This document shows positions 11,755 to 21,717 of a stretch of DNA of 64,000 bases, piece by piece. Origin of the DNA: Candidatus Latescibacterota bacterium (lineage in GTDB: Bacteria > JAAXHH01); contig JAJEEG010000003.1 in the NCBI GenBank assembly GCA_022821085.1, forward strand, positions 17,563-81,562, written 5' to 3'. The translations under genes and the position numbers were made by a program. Within the stretch, counting starts at the first letter, position 1, and every line of letters starts with the position of its first letter. The notes under the pieces are model-generated. The model had not been told where the DNA came from and searched no databases. It saw only the letters and a list, made by a program, of their open reading frames with translations.

Positions 11755-12501
11755 ATGATCGAAATCGTACACCTGAGAAAAGCCTTCGGTAAACCTGTGC
11801 TGACGGACGTCAACCTGACCATCGAGTCCGGGGAGACCATGGTCATCATCGGCCGGAGCGGATGCGGCAAGAGCGTGCTGCTCAAGCACATCACGGGGCT
11901 GCTGCATCCGGACGGCGGAACGCTGCTGGTGGACGGCAGGGACGTGACCAGGCTGTACGGGACGGCGCTGGACGAAATCCGGAAACGGTTCGGGTTCCTG
12001 TTCCAGGGCGGCGCCCTCTTCGATTCCATGACCGTGGGCGAGAACGTGGGGATCGGCCTGAAAGTACACACCGACCGGACCGAGGCGGAGATCAACGAAC
12101 GGGTCCGGACCTGCCTCCAGATGGTCGGCCTGTCCGACGTGGAGGAACAGAAGCCGGCGGAGCTTTCGGGCGGCATGCGCAAGAGAGTGGGACTCGCCAG
12201 GGCGATCGCCATGAATCCGGAGTACATTCTATACGACGAGCCCACCACGGGCCTGGACCCCATCATGGCGGACATCATCAACGACCTGATCCTGGACATG
12301 AACCAGCGGCTGTCGGTGACGGCGATCGCGGTGACCCACGATATGATCAGCGCGTACAAGATCGCGGACCGCATCGCCATGCTCCACGACGGGGTGATTC
12401 ACATGGTGGGGACCCCGGACGAGATCCGGAACTGCGACGACGCGCTGGTGCAGCAGTTCATCCTGGGCCGCGGTGAAGGCCCCATCAAATCGCTGGAATA
12501 G
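11755..12501 (+). CDS. ABC ATP-binding protein, MlaF/Mkl type
   Basis: GRSGCGKS, FQGGALFDS, LSGGMRKR, YDEPTTGLDP. Confidence 0.9.
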   Translation: MIEIVHLRKAFGKPVLTDVNLTIESGETMVIIGRSGCGKSVLLKHITGLLHPDGGTLLVDGRDVTRLYGTALDEIRKRFGFLFQGGALFDSMTVGENVGIGLKVHTDRTEAEINERVRTCLQMVGLSDVEEQKPAELSGGMRKRVGLARAIAMNPEYILYDEPTTGLDPIMADIINDLILDMNQRLSVTAIAVTHDMISAYKIADRIAMLHDGVIHMVGTPDEIRNCDDALVQQFILGRGEGPIKSLE

Positions 12502-12540
12502 TCATGGATCAATCGACAGGAGGATCGCGGGTCTCGCGGT

Positions 12541-13698
12541 ATGGCATCGCTGTCCTTTGACCTGCTCGCCCGGGACCCGGCTTCCAACGCACGGGCGGGC
12601 CGCATGAAGACCCCCCACGGCGAAATACGCACGCCGGTGTTCATGCCCGTGGGGACCCAGGCGACGGTGAAGACGCTGACGCCGGCGGAACTCGAAACCG
12701 CCGGCGCGCAGATCATACTCGGCAACACCTACCACCTGTTTCTCCGGCCCGGGCACGCATTGATCAGGGAAATGGGCGGGCTGCACGGGTTCATGAACTG
12801 GCAGCGGCCCCTGTTGACGGACAGCGGGGGCTACCAGGTGTTCAGTCTTTCGGACCTCAAGTCCATCGAGGAAGAGGGGGTGACCTTCCAATCGCACATC
12901 GACGGCTCGCGGCACCTGTTCACGCCGGAGTCCGTCATGGAGATCGAGACCGCCCTCGGCGCCGACATCATCGCGCCCCTCGACGAGTGTCCGCCCTATC
13001 CCTGCGACTACGGTTACGCGAAGGATTCCGCCGCGCTGACGCTGCGATGGGCCGAGCGGTCCCGGAAGCGTTTCGACGAACTGGAGGGAGAAAGGGCGCA
13101 TCCCCAGGCGCTGTTCGGCATCGTGCAGGGAAGCGTCTACGAAGACCTCCGGGTCGATTGCGCGCGGTCCTTGGTCGACCGGGGATTCGACGCCTACGCC
13201 ATCGGAGGGATGTCGATCGGGGAACCGAAGCCGGCCATGGCGGCCCTGATCGATGCCACTGTCGAGCACCTGCCGGAAGACCGGCCCCGTTACCTGATGG
13301 GCGCGGGGACGCCGGAAGACCTCGTCGACGCCGTGGGACGGGGCATCGACATGTTCGACTGCGTCATTCCCACCCGCGAGGGTCGGAACGGCGCGCTTTA
13401 CACGCGCTCCGGACGCATCAACATCTACAACGCCCGCTTCAGGGCCGACGCCGGACCGATCGACGCATCCTGTTCGTGTTATGCCTGCCGGACCTTCAGC
13501 CGTTCGTATATCCGGCACCTTTACCGCGCGGGAGAAATACTGGGTCCGAGAATGGGGACCCTGCACAACATCCACTTCTACGTCGGCCTGGTCTCCGAGA
13601 TGGGAGAATCCATCCTGGAAGGCCGTTTCGGCGCGTGGAGCAGGTCGTTTCTGACCGCGTATCGCAGTGAGACCGCAAGAAAGGAGCAACCCCCGTGA
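12541..13698 (+). CDS. tgt: tRNA-guanine transglycosylase
   Basis: TPVFMPVGT, NTYHL, TDSGGYQ, DMFDCV, CSCYAC zinc site. Confidence 0.97.
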   Translation: MASLSFDLLARDPASNARAGRMKTPHGEIRTPVFMPVGTQATVKTLTPAELETAGAQIILGNTYHLFLRPGHALIREMGGLHGFMNWQRPLLTDSGGYQVFSLSDLKSIEEEGVTFQSHIDGSRHLFTPESVMEIETALGADIIAPLDECPPYPCDYGYAKDSAALTLRWAERSRKRFDELEGERAHPQALFGIVQGSVYEDLRVDCARSLVDRGFDAYAIGGMSIGEPKPAMAALIDATVEHLPEDRPRYLMGAGTPEDLVDAVGRGIDMFDCVIPTREGRNGALYTRSGRINIYNARFRADAGPIDASCSCYACRTFSRSYIRHLYRAGEILGPRMGTLHNIHFYVGLVSEMGESILEGRFGAWSRSFLTAYRSETARKEQPP

Positions 13699-14027
13699 TT
13701 CAAGATGCCTTTGCCATGGGGCCCGGCGGCGGAGACGCTTCCGGACCGGGTTTCCTGATCTCCATGATCCCCATCCTGTTGATGTTCGCCATCATCTACC
13801 TGTTGCTGATCCGTCCACAGCAGAAGCGCCAGCGGGAACACCAGGCCATGCTGGACGCCCTGCAGAACGGAGACAAGGTGGTGACGCAGGGCGGGATCAT
13901 CGGCGTCGTTACCGGACTGAAGGCGGACGTGGTCACGGTGCGCATCGCCGACGACGTCCGGATCGACCTGCAACGCAGCGCCATTTCCCGGCTGATCAGC
14001 AGCAAGAAGGGCGGCAAGGAAGAATAG
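13695..14027 (+). CDS. yajC: Preprotein translocase subunit YajC
   Basis: TM helix then IRPQQKR, GDKVVT.GG; follows tgt. Confidence 0.95.
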   Translation: MIQDAFAMGPGGGDASGPGFLISMIPILLMFAIIYLLLIRPQQKRQREHQAMLDALQNGDKVVTQGGIIGVVTGLKADVVTVRIADDVRIDLQRSAISRLISSKKGGKEE

Positions 14028-14036
14028 GCGGCAACC

Positions 14037-14591
14037 ATGGCGGTCAGACCCATACGCATATACGGCGACCCGGTACTCCGGGAGAAAACCCGCCCGGTTG
14101 GGGATACGACCGCGGCACTGCGTCTCCTGGCCGAGGACCTGGTCGACACCATGTTCGACGCGGAGGGCATCGGGCTTGCGGCTCCCCAGGTCGGCGAGCC
14201 CGTCCGCATGTACGTGGTGAACCTCGGCGCGATCGCTCCCGAACTCTTCCTGGACCGCCGTGGGCCGTCCCTGGATGGCGAACCGGAACACCTGGTGCTG
14301 GTGAACCCGCGCGTCGTAAAGCGGGAAGGCGCGCAGACCGGCGACGAGGGATGCCTGAGTTTTCCCGATCTGTACGAGAAGGTGACCCGGCCCGAGGTCG
14401 TGCGCATCGAGGCGACGGACCTGGAAGGGCGCCCCGTCGAGATCGAGGGCAGCGGACTGCTCGCGCGGGTCCTGGTCCACGAGTATGACCACCTGGAGGG
14501 CGTCCTGTTCATCGATCACCTTAGCAAGCTCCGCCAGCAGTTCCTCCGCGGCAAGCTGAGGAAGCTCAAGGAGAGCGGTCAGGCGGTCTGA
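14037..14591 (+). CDS. def: Peptide deformylase
   Basis: GIGLAAPQVG, EGCLS, HEYDHL. Confidence 0.97.
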   Translation: MAVRPIRIYGDPVLREKTRPVGDTTAALRLLAEDLVDTMFDAEGIGLAAPQVGEPVRMYVVNLGAIAPELFLDRRGPSLDGEPEHLVLVNPRVVKREGAQTGDEGCLSFPDLYEKVTRPEVVRIEATDLEGRPVEIEGSGLLARVLVHEYDHLEGVLFIDHLSKLRQQFLRGKLRKLKESGQAV

Positions 14592-14592
14592 T

Positions 14593-15534
14593 ATGCGCGT
14601 GGTCTACATGGGTACGCCCGCCTTCGCGGTGCCGAGCCTCGAGGCGCTGGTCGGCCGGGCGGAACACGAGGTGGCCGGCATTGTCACAGGCCCCGACCGG
14701 CCGAAGGGGCGGGGACTGAAGACCGCGCCTTCGCCGGTGAAGGAAACCGCCCTGCGGCACGGCATACCCATCTGGCAGCCGGAGAAGCTGCGCGACCCGG
14801 GTTTCCTGGACGCTCTTCGGTCCCTGGACGCCGGCCTGTTCGTGGTCGTGGCCTTCCGCATCCTGCCCGACGAACTGCTGGCGATCCCCCCGGGCGGCAC
14901 GATCAACCTCCATCCTTCCCTCCTGCCCCGGTACCGCGGCGCGGCGCCCATCCAGTGGGCGGTGATGAATGGGGACGAGGTTACGGGCGTCACCACGTTC
15001 CTGGTCGAAAGGCGGGTGGATACAGGCGACATCCTCTGCCAGGAGACCGTGCCGATCGGACCGGAGGAAACCGCCGGCGAACTGTACGACCGGCTGTCCC
15101 GCGCCGGCGCGGACCTGCTCCTGCGCACGGTGGATCTCCTGGCGGACGGCCGCGTAACGCCGCGGCCGCAGCGGGGCGAATCGACGCCCGCGCCCAGGAT
15201 CTCCCGGGAGGACGGCCGCATAGACTGGCGGCTGCCGGCCCGTGCCATCCACAACAGGGTACGGGGCCTGAACCCGGTGCCCATGGCCTTCACCACCTGG
15301 CGCGGCCAGCGCGTCCGGGTTATTTCGAGTCGGCCCGTCTGCCTGGAAGGGGAAGGGGGCGGACCGCCCGGAGAGATTGTCTCCGCCGACGAACGCCGGG
15401 GCGTCACCGTGCAGACCGGAGAAGGCGGGTTGAGACTGGACAAGGTGCAGCCCGAGGGCCGAAGCCGGATCGATGGCGCGGAATTCGTAAGAGGATACCG
15501 GCCCGCGGCGGGCGATCTTCTCGGCGGGTCCTGA
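14593..15534 (+). CDS. fmt: Methionyl-tRNA formyltransferase
   Basis: MGTPAFA, NLHPSLLPRYRGAAPI, DTG. Confidence 0.97.
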   Translation: MRVVYMGTPAFAVPSLEALVGRAEHEVAGIVTGPDRPKGRGLKTAPSPVKETALRHGIPIWQPEKLRDPGFLDALRSLDAGLFVVVAFRILPDELLAIPPGGTINLHPSLLPRYRGAAPIQWAVMNGDEVTGVTTFLVERRVDTGDILCQETVPIGPEETAGELYDRLSRAGADLLLRTVDLLADGRVTPRPQRGESTPAPRISREDGRIDWRLPARAIHNRVRGLNPVPMAFTTWRGQRVRVISSRPVCLEGEGGGPPGEIVSADERRGVTVQTGEGGLRLDKVQPEGRSRIDGAEFVRGYRPAAGDLLGGS

Positions 15535-15633
15535 CGCCCGCCGTCCGCGGTCGGGCACGGCCGGCGGGTTCAATCCCGGCACCCTCCGTCCTCCGGCGCG
15601 CGCGGCCGGCGGGTACTTCAAGGAACCCCCACC

Positions 15634-17016
15634 ATGGTCCAATCTCGCAGCGAATCAACGGCCGACGCCGGAGGGAACGCCCCTCCAGTGCGCGAGATCG
15701 CGTTGAAGGCACTGCATCGCGCGGAAACGCGGGACGTGCTGCCGCGGGACGCCCTCAATGCCCTTTTCCGGCGATACGGCTACACGGACCGGGACCGGGC
15801 CTTCGCGACCGAACTGGTGTACGGCACCGTCCGCTGGCGGCGCCGCCTGGACTGGACGCTCGGCCGACTGTTGCGCGGCAACCCGGAGTCGCTGACGCCG
15901 TGGATCCGCCTGATCCTACACCTGGGCCTGTACCAGTTGATGATGATGGACCAGGTCCCCGACGCCGCCGCCACCCATGAATCCGTGCAACTCGCCAAGC
16001 GGTACGGGCACGAGGGCACCGTCCGCCTGACCAACGCGGTCCTGAGGACGGCCATCCGGCAACGGGACCAGTTGTCGCGGCCGGCGCGCGGGGGAGGCCC
16101 CGTCGCGGACCTCGGCGTCACCCATTCCTATCCCGATTGGCTGGCGAAGCGGTGGATCGAGCGATACGGCGTGGAATCCGCCGCCGCCCTCATGGAGGCC
16201 GGGAACCGGCCGCCGCCCCTGTCCGTTCGGGTCAACACGGCGAGGTCCACGCCGCAAGACCTCGCCGCATCGCTGGCGCCGCACGGCATCCAGGTGGAAC
16301 CGGGGCGGTGGCTCGATGATTTCCTGATCATCCGGCACGCGGGCGACCTGCACACGCTGGCCGCCCACGAGGCGGGCCTGTTCCAGGTACAGGACGAAAG
16401 CGCGGGTCTCGCGGTGAGGCTTCTGGGCCCGCGGGCGGGCGAGTCGGTTGTCGATTTATGTTGCGCTCCGGGCGGAAAAACAACATATATTGCGCAAATT
16501 GTGGGCGCGGGCGGACGGGTGATCGCCTGCGATTCGTCACCGCATCGACTCCGCCGCGTGGAGGAACACCGGCAGCGAATGGGGTTGGGGCAGGTGCGTC
16601 TTGTCGTCATGGACGGCCGGTCGCCCGGCCTGGACTTCATGGCCGACCGGGTCCTGGTGGATGCCCCCTGTTCCGGGCTCGGCACCATCGCGCGCCGGCC
16701 GGATCTGCGGTGGCGGAGAACGGCGGAGGACATCGGCCGGCTCCGCGCCGAGCAACTGGCGTTGCTGGAGAAAGGCGCCGGCATGGTGAAGCCGGGCGGC
16801 GTCCTGGTGTACAGCACGTGCACCATCGAGCCGGAAGAGAACGAGGACGTCGTGGCCGCGTTTTGCGGCAGGCATCCCGGTTTCAGGCCGGACAGCCCCG
16901 GCGACTGGACGGCGGAACTGGCCGCGGTCACGGACGGCGCGGGCCGGATCGCCACACTGCCGCCGGTACACGGGGTAGACGGGAGTTTCGCGGCGCGGCT
17001 GAGAAAAACCGGCTGA
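15634..17016 (+). CDS. rsmB: 16S rRNA m5C967 methyltransferase
   Basis: NusB-like N-terminus, QVQDE, DLCCAPGGKT, DAPCSG, YSTCT. Confidence 0.94.
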   Translation: MVQSRSESTADAGGNAPPVREIALKALHRAETRDVLPRDALNALFRRYGYTDRDRAFATELVYGTVRWRRRLDWTLGRLLRGNPESLTPWIRLILHLGLYQLMMMDQVPDAAATHESVQLAKRYGHEGTVRLTNAVLRTAIRQRDQLSRPARGGGPVADLGVTHSYPDWLAKRWIERYGVESAAALMEAGNRPPPLSVRVNTARSTPQDLAASLAPHGIQVEPGRWLDDFLIIRHAGDLHTLAAHEAGLFQVQDESAGLAVRLLGPRAGESVVDLCCAPGGKTTYIAQIVGAGGRVIACDSSPHRLRRVEEHRQRMGLGQVRLVVMDGRSPGLDFMADRVLVDAPCSGLGTIARRPDLRWRRTAEDIGRLRAEQLALLEKGAGMVKPGGVLVYSTCTIEPEENEDVVAAFCGRHPGFRPDSPGDWTAELAAVTDGAGRIATLPPVHGVDGSFAARLRKTG

Positions 17017-17094
17017 TCGCATAGGGCGGCCGGCCTGAGCAGAGCCGCTGATCGCACTGGCGGCCGGCCTGAGCAGAGCCGCTGACCGCACTGG
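17012..17094. repeat. 34-35 bp tandem repeat (~2.4 copies) starting at the rsmB stop codon
   Basis: gctgatcgca...ggcggccggcctgagcagagcc repeated. Confidence 0.85.
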
Positions 17095-17102
17095 AGCGTA
17101 TC

Positions 17103-18437
17103 GTGTTTGAAGAATTGACCGGGCGAATGGAAGGCATCGTCCGGAATCTCCGCGGCCAGGGCAAGCTGACGGAAAAGAATATCGACGAGAGCCTCCGGCA
17201 GGTGCGCCGCGCCCTGCTGGAAGCCGATGTGAATTTCAAGGTCGCCCGGACCTTCATCGACACGGTCAAGGTAAAGGCCCTGGGGCAGGGGGTGCTCAGG
17301 AACCTCTCCCCGGGTCAGCAGATGGTGGGGATCGTCCACCAGGAACTGATCTCCCTGATGGGCGAGGAAGCCGTCGAGGTCGCCATCGCGGAATCGCCCC
17401 CGACCATCGTCATGCTGGCCGGCCTGCAGGGGTCCGGCAAGACGACGGCCACGGGGAAGCTGGCCCACCACTTCCTGGGTGCGGGCCACCGGCCCATACT
17501 GGCCGCGGCGGACGTCTACCGGCCCGCGGCGGTGAAGCAGCTGCAGGTGCTTGGCGAACAGTTGGAGGTGCCGGTCGTGGCCCTCGGGGACAGCCGGTCT
17601 CCCCTGGCCATCTGCAAGGTCGCCGTGGACCGCGCGGGCCGGGAGGACCGGGACGTCGTCATCCTGGACACGGCGGGTCGCCTGCACGTCGATGAAGAGA
17701 TGATGGAGGAACTCCGCGGGATCCGCGGGGCGGTCCATCCCCACGAAATCCTGCTCGTGGTGGACGGCATGACGGGACAGGACGCGGTCAACGTGGCCGA
17801 GGCCTTCGACCAAGACCTCGACATCGACGGCTGTATCCTGACGAAGATGGACGGGGACGCCCGGGGCGGCGCGGCGCTGTCCATACGGCAGATCACCCGG
17901 AAGCCCATCAAGTTCGTGGGCGTCGGCGAGAAACTGGACGCCCTGGAGGTGTTCCATCCCGAACGGATGGCGTCCCGGATACTGGGGATGGGCGACGTGG
18001 TCTCCCTGGTCGAGCGCGCGCAGGCCGCCATCGACGTGGAGGAAGCGCGCAAGCTCGAGACGAAGCTGCGCAAGCAGACCTTCGATCTCGAGGATTTCCG
18101 GTCGCAGCTCCAGCAACTGGGGAAAATGGGTTCCATGCAGGAACTGGTCGAGATGATGCCCGGCGTCAACAAGAAGGCGTTGAAGGGCATGGATATGGAT
18201 GAAAGAGCGCTCGTGCGAATGGACGCCATTCTGAGTTCCATGACCAGACACGAAAGGGCGCGCCCCGTGGTGATCAACGGCAGCAGGCGCCGGCGAATCG
18301 CGCGCGGAAGCGGAACGAGCGTGCAGGAGGTGAACCAGTTACTGAAACAGTACAACATGATGCAGAAGATGATGAAGCAGTTGAACCGGCCGGGCGCCCT
18401 CGAGCAACTCGGCCAAAAGATGTTGCCGTTCAGGTAG
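17103..18437 (+). CDS. ffh: Signal recognition particle protein
   Basis: GLQGSGKTT, DTAGR, TKMDG, M-domain SRRRRIARGSG. Confidence 0.98.
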   Translation: MFEELTGRMEGIVRNLRGQGKLTEKNIDESLRQVRRALLEADVNFKVARTFIDTVKVKALGQGVLRNLSPGQQMVGIVHQELISLMGEEAVEVAIAESPPTIVMLAGLQGSGKTTATGKLAHHFLGAGHRPILAAADVYRPAAVKQLQVLGEQLEVPVVALGDSRSPLAICKVAVDRAGREDRDVVILDTAGRLHVDEEMMEELRGIRGAVHPHEILLVVDGMTGQDAVNVAEAFDQDLDIDGCILTKMDGDARGGAALSIRQITRKPIKFVGVGEKLDALEVFHPERMASRILGMGDVVSLVERAQAAIDVEEARKLETKLRKQTFDLEDFRSQLQQLGKMGSMQELVEMMPGVNKKALKGMDMDERALVRMDAILSSMTRHERARPVVINGSRRRRIARGSGTSVQEVNQLLKQYNMMQKMMKQLNRPGALEQLGQKMLPFR

Positions 18438-18452
18438 CTAAAGGAGCGAAAC

Positions 18453-18737
18453 ATGGCAGTGGCCATTCGGCTTCGCCGCACGGGAGCCAAGAAAAGACCC
18501 TTTTACCGGATCGTCGTAGCGGACGACAGAACCCGTCTGGGCGGGAAGTATATCGAAAGCCTGGGTTACTACAACCCCATTTCGCCGGAACAGCTGGAGA
18601 TGGACGTGGACAAGGCTGTAGACTGGCTCAGGCGCGGCGCCCAGCCGAGCGATACGGTGCGATCGCTTCTGGTGAAGAGCGGCGCGATACAGAAGTGGCG
18701 CGGCGAGAACGAGGAGACGGCCGAAGCGGCCGAGTGA
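18453..18737 (+). CDS. rpsP: 30S ribosomal protein S16
   Basis: [20 protein letters not shown]. Confidence 0.97.
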   Translation: MAVAIRLRRTGAKKRPFYRIVVADDRTRLGGKYIESLGYYNPISPEQLEMDVDKAVDWLRRGAQPSDTVRSLLVKSGAIQKWRGENEETAEAAE

Positions 18738-18823
18738 CCTGACGCGGATCGGCCGCGGGTACACCCGGGATGTCCGGGTGACCTGCGGCGGATCGGCCGC
18801 CGGTGCGCCGGGGCGGGGTGTAA

Positions 18824-19336
18824 GTGAGCGAAGACCGGGTTAATATCGGATTCATCCGCAAACCCCACGGCCTCAAGGGTTACGTCCGCGTGGAAGGATT
18901 GTCGGACGCTCCGGACCGGTTCGCGGACCTGGACCGGATCGGCGTGGAAATGAAGGACGGCCGGCGGGAGTCGCTGGAGATCGAACGCTGCGTCCGGGAC
19001 GGGAACGGCTGGAGGATGAAGTTCCGCGGGGTCGATCAGGCGGAGCACGCGGAACGGCTCCGCGGCGCATACATCCAGGTGCCCGAAGAAGCCGTCGCCC
19101 CGTTGCCCCGCGACGCGTACTATGTCTTCGAACTCGAAGGCTGCGCGGTCGTTTCCGACGAAGGAGAAGAGATCGGAATCCTTCGCGAGGTGATGTCCCT
19201 GCCCGCGAACGACGTGTTTGTCGTGGACACGCCAACCGGAGAAGCGATGATCCCGGCGGTCCGGGACATCGTGGTGGAACTCGATCCCGGGAAAGACAGG
19301 GTCGTCATACGGAAGATCCCGGGGTTGATCTCGTAG
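18824..19336 (+). CDS. rimM: Ribosome maturation factor RimM
   Basis: G.I.KPHGLKG, YY..EL.G, PRC barrel; operon context. Confidence 0.93.
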   Translation: MSEDRVNIGFIRKPHGLKGYVRVEGLSDAPDRFADLDRIGVEMKDGRRESLEIERCVRDGNGWRMKFRGVDQAEHAERLRGAYIQVPEEAVAPLPRDAYYVFELEGCAVVSDEGEEIGILREVMSLPANDVFVVDTPTGEAMIPAVRDIVVELDPGKDRVVIRKIPGLIS

Positions 19337-19347
19337 CGGAACAGACC

Positions 19348-20112
19348 ATGCGTATCGACATTCTTACGGCTTTCCCGGGCGTATTCGCGGGACCCTTCGG
19401 GGAGAGTATCGTGGGCCGGGCGTGCCGGCGGGACCTGGTGGACGTATTCGTCCACGACCTGCGGGCGTTTACGACGGACCGCCACAAGACCGTCGATGAC
19501 TACGCCTACGGCGGAAGCCCGGGCATGGTGCTCAAGGCGGAGCCCATTTTCAGGGGCGTAGGGCATATCCGGCGGCAGGCAGGCCAGGCAGACGCGACAT
19601 CCAGGACTGACCGCTCCCGTACCGTGTTGTTGTCGGCCGGGGGCAGGACCTTCGTGCAGGAAACGGCCAGGTCCTTCGCGGAACTGGACCAGCTGGTCCT
19701 CATCTGCGGGCATTACAAGGGTGTCGACGAACGGGTGGCCACGGGCCTGGGCGCCGAGGAGTATTCCGTGGGCGATTTCGTCGTCACCGGCGGCGAGATC
19801 CCGGCCATGATGATCGCGGACGCCGTGATCCGTCTCCTTCCCGGGGTCCTGGGCGAAATGGCCTCCGCGGTCACGGATTCACACTACGAAGGACTACTGG
19901 GCAACGCCGTGTACACGCGGCCGGAGCACTACCAGGAGTGGCGCGTGCCCGAGGTGCTGCTTTCCGGGCACCATGAGCGCATTGAACAATGGGAGAGGCA
20001 GGACGCCCTGAAGAAGACGTACCAGCATCGTCCCGACTTGCTGGAGACCGTGGAATTGACCGGAGAAGATCTGACCTATCTTAGAACCCTTCAACAGAAC
20101 GAGAACGGGTAG
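19348..20112 (+). CDS. trmD: tRNA (guanine-N1)-methyltransferase
   Basis: [32 protein letters not shown]. Confidence 0.97.
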   Translation: MRIDILTAFPGVFAGPFGESIVGRACRRDLVDVFVHDLRAFTTDRHKTVDDYAYGGSPGMVLKAEPIFRGVGHIRRQAGQADATSRTDRSRTVLLSAGGRTFVQETARSFAELDQLVLICGHYKGVDERVATGLGAEEYSVGDFVVTGGEIPAMMIADAVIRLLPGVLGEMASAVTDSHYEGLLGNAVYTRPEHYQEWRVPEVLLSGHHERIEQWERQDALKKTYQHRPDLLETVELTGEDLTYLRTLQQNENG

Positions 20113-20150
20113 CGTACCCGCGATCGTTCGAAAGGACGGAAGTTTCAGCC

Positions 20151-20495
20151 ATGAACGCATTAGACACGATCACCCAGGACCAGTTGCGGACCGACCTCCC
20201 GGAATTCCGCGCCGGAGACACCATTCGGATGGAGGTCAAGGTCCGCGAAGGCGACAAGGAACGCGTACAGCTCTTCCAGGGCGTTGTCATCCAGCGGTCC
20301 GGCCACGGCATCGGCGAGACCGTCACGGTCCGCAAGATTTCGCAGGGGATAGGCGTCGAGCGCATCTTCCCGCTGCATTCGCCGTCGGTTGGTAATATCC
20401 AGGTATTGCGCAAGGGCAAGGTACGGCAATCACGCATCTACTACCTGAGGAAGCTCAAGGGCAAGGCCGCCCGGATCGCCGAGCGGCGCAACTGA
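20151..20495 (+). CDS. rplS: 50S ribosomal protein L19
   Basis: [25 protein letters not shown]. Confidence 0.97.
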   Translation: MNALDTITQDQLRTDLPEFRAGDTIRMEVKVREGDKERVQLFQGVVIQRSGHGIGETVTVRKISQGIGVERIFPLHSPSVGNIQVLRKGKVRQSRIYYLRKLKGKAARIAERRN

Positions 20496-20497
20496 GC

Positions 20498-21142
20498 ATG
20501 TCGAAGGGCGACGCGGAGCAGCTAAGGCTCCGGGCCATGGCCCGCTTTGATCGATCCGTGCTCGTTCATGGCACGCGGCACGCGGCCGGTGTCGACGAAG
20601 CGGGGCGGGGCGCCCTGGCCGGCCCCGTGATCGCGGCCGCCGTCATGCTGCCGGACGATGCCGAGATTCCGGGTCTGGACGATTCGAAACGCCTCACGCC
20701 CGCCAGGCGGGATGCTCTCTACGAGAGGATCACGGCCATTGCCACGGCAATCGGCGTCGGCCGGTCCGACCCGGCCGCGATCGACGCTGTGAACATCCGC
20801 CGGGCGAATCTACTCGCCATGAAAGAAGCCGTGGAGGCCCTCTCGCCGCCGCCCGGCCATCTGCTCGTAGACGGGATCGACCCCATCGACTGGCAGGGTC
20901 CCCAGACCACCGTGGTGGGAGGCGACGCGCTCAGCTTCTCCATCGCGGCCGCGTCCGTCATCGCGAAGGTGACGCGGGACCGTATCATGATCGCGTGCGA
21001 CCCGGACTTTCCCGAATACGGCTTCGCCCGCCACAAGGGTTACGGCACGGCGGCGCACCTGGCCGCGCTCGAGGACCATGGTCCGTCAGCCGTGCATCGC
21101 CGCTCCTTCCTGCGGAAGAGATTCGATTTCTCCTCGGCCTGA
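20498..21142 (+). CDS. rnhB: Ribonuclease HII
   Basis: GVDEAGRG, DDSK, IAAASVIAKV.RD, HKGYGT. Confidence 0.95.
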   Translation: MSKGDAEQLRLRAMARFDRSVLVHGTRHAAGVDEAGRGALAGPVIAAAVMLPDDAEIPGLDDSKRLTPARRDALYERITAIATAIGVGRSDPAAIDAVNIRRANLLAMKEAVEALSPPPGHLLVDGIDPIDWQGPQTTVVGGDALSFSIAAASVIAKVTRDRIMIACDPDFPEYGFARHKGYGTAAHLAALEDHGPSAVHRRSFLRKRFDFSSA

Positions 21143-21229
21143 CCACCGGGCCGATTCGTATGTACGGCTGTTCATCCCGCGTTGATCCCGGGCATCCAAT
21201 TCATCCCTGGCATTCATCCAGAAGGCATC

Positions 21230-21604
21230 ATGACCGCATCGAAGCAAATCCTGGGTCTACGCGGCGAGTCCATCGCGGAAGCGTTCCTGTGCAGGAAGGG
21301 CCATGCCGTGCTGGCCAGGAATTACCGGGATGCTGTTTCACGGTGCGAAATCGACCTCATCACCCGGGACGGCGACGAACTCGTCTTTGTGGAGGTCAAG
21401 GCCGGAACCGGCCGCCGGTTCGGCGACCCGCAGTCCAGGGTGGACGCGAGGAAACAGCGCCAGATCGCCCGGGCCGCCCGCCGATTCCTGCAGGAACGTA
21501 GCTGGCACGAGACGCCGTGCCGTTTCGACGTCATCGGAATCGACCTATCGCGGAATCCGCCCGGGGTAACGCACCTGGAGCACGCATTCTGGAGTGCCGT
21601 CTGA
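21230..21604 (+). CDS. yraN: YraN/UPF0102 family endonuclease-like protein
   Basis: LG..GE, EIDLI, FVEVK, RFDVI. Confidence 0.9.
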   Translation: MTASKQILGLRGESIAEAFLCRKGHAVLARNYRDAVSRCEIDLITRDGDELVFVEVKAGTGRRFGDPQSRVDARKQRQIARAARRFLQERSWHETPCRFDVIGIDLSRNPPGVTHLEHAFWSAV

Positions 21605-21623
21605 TGGGTCGCGACCACCACGT

Positions 21624-21674
21624 GGCGAACCTGAAGCGGCGAACCTGAAGCGGCGGTCCTGAAGCAGCGGTCCT
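21624..21674. repeat. 14-bp tandem repeat ~3.6 copies
   Basis: ggcgaacctgaagc x2, ggcggtcctgaagc, agcggtcct. Confidence 0.85.
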
Positions 21675-21717
21675 CTCCCTGCGTGCGGTCGGGTCTCAAA
21701 AAGCCGGTTGGTCCGTT

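Noticed and set aside
15560-15590. GGGTTCAATCCC resembling a tRNA T-arm
   Set aside because: No acceptor, D or anticodon arms can be built, and the loop length is wrong.
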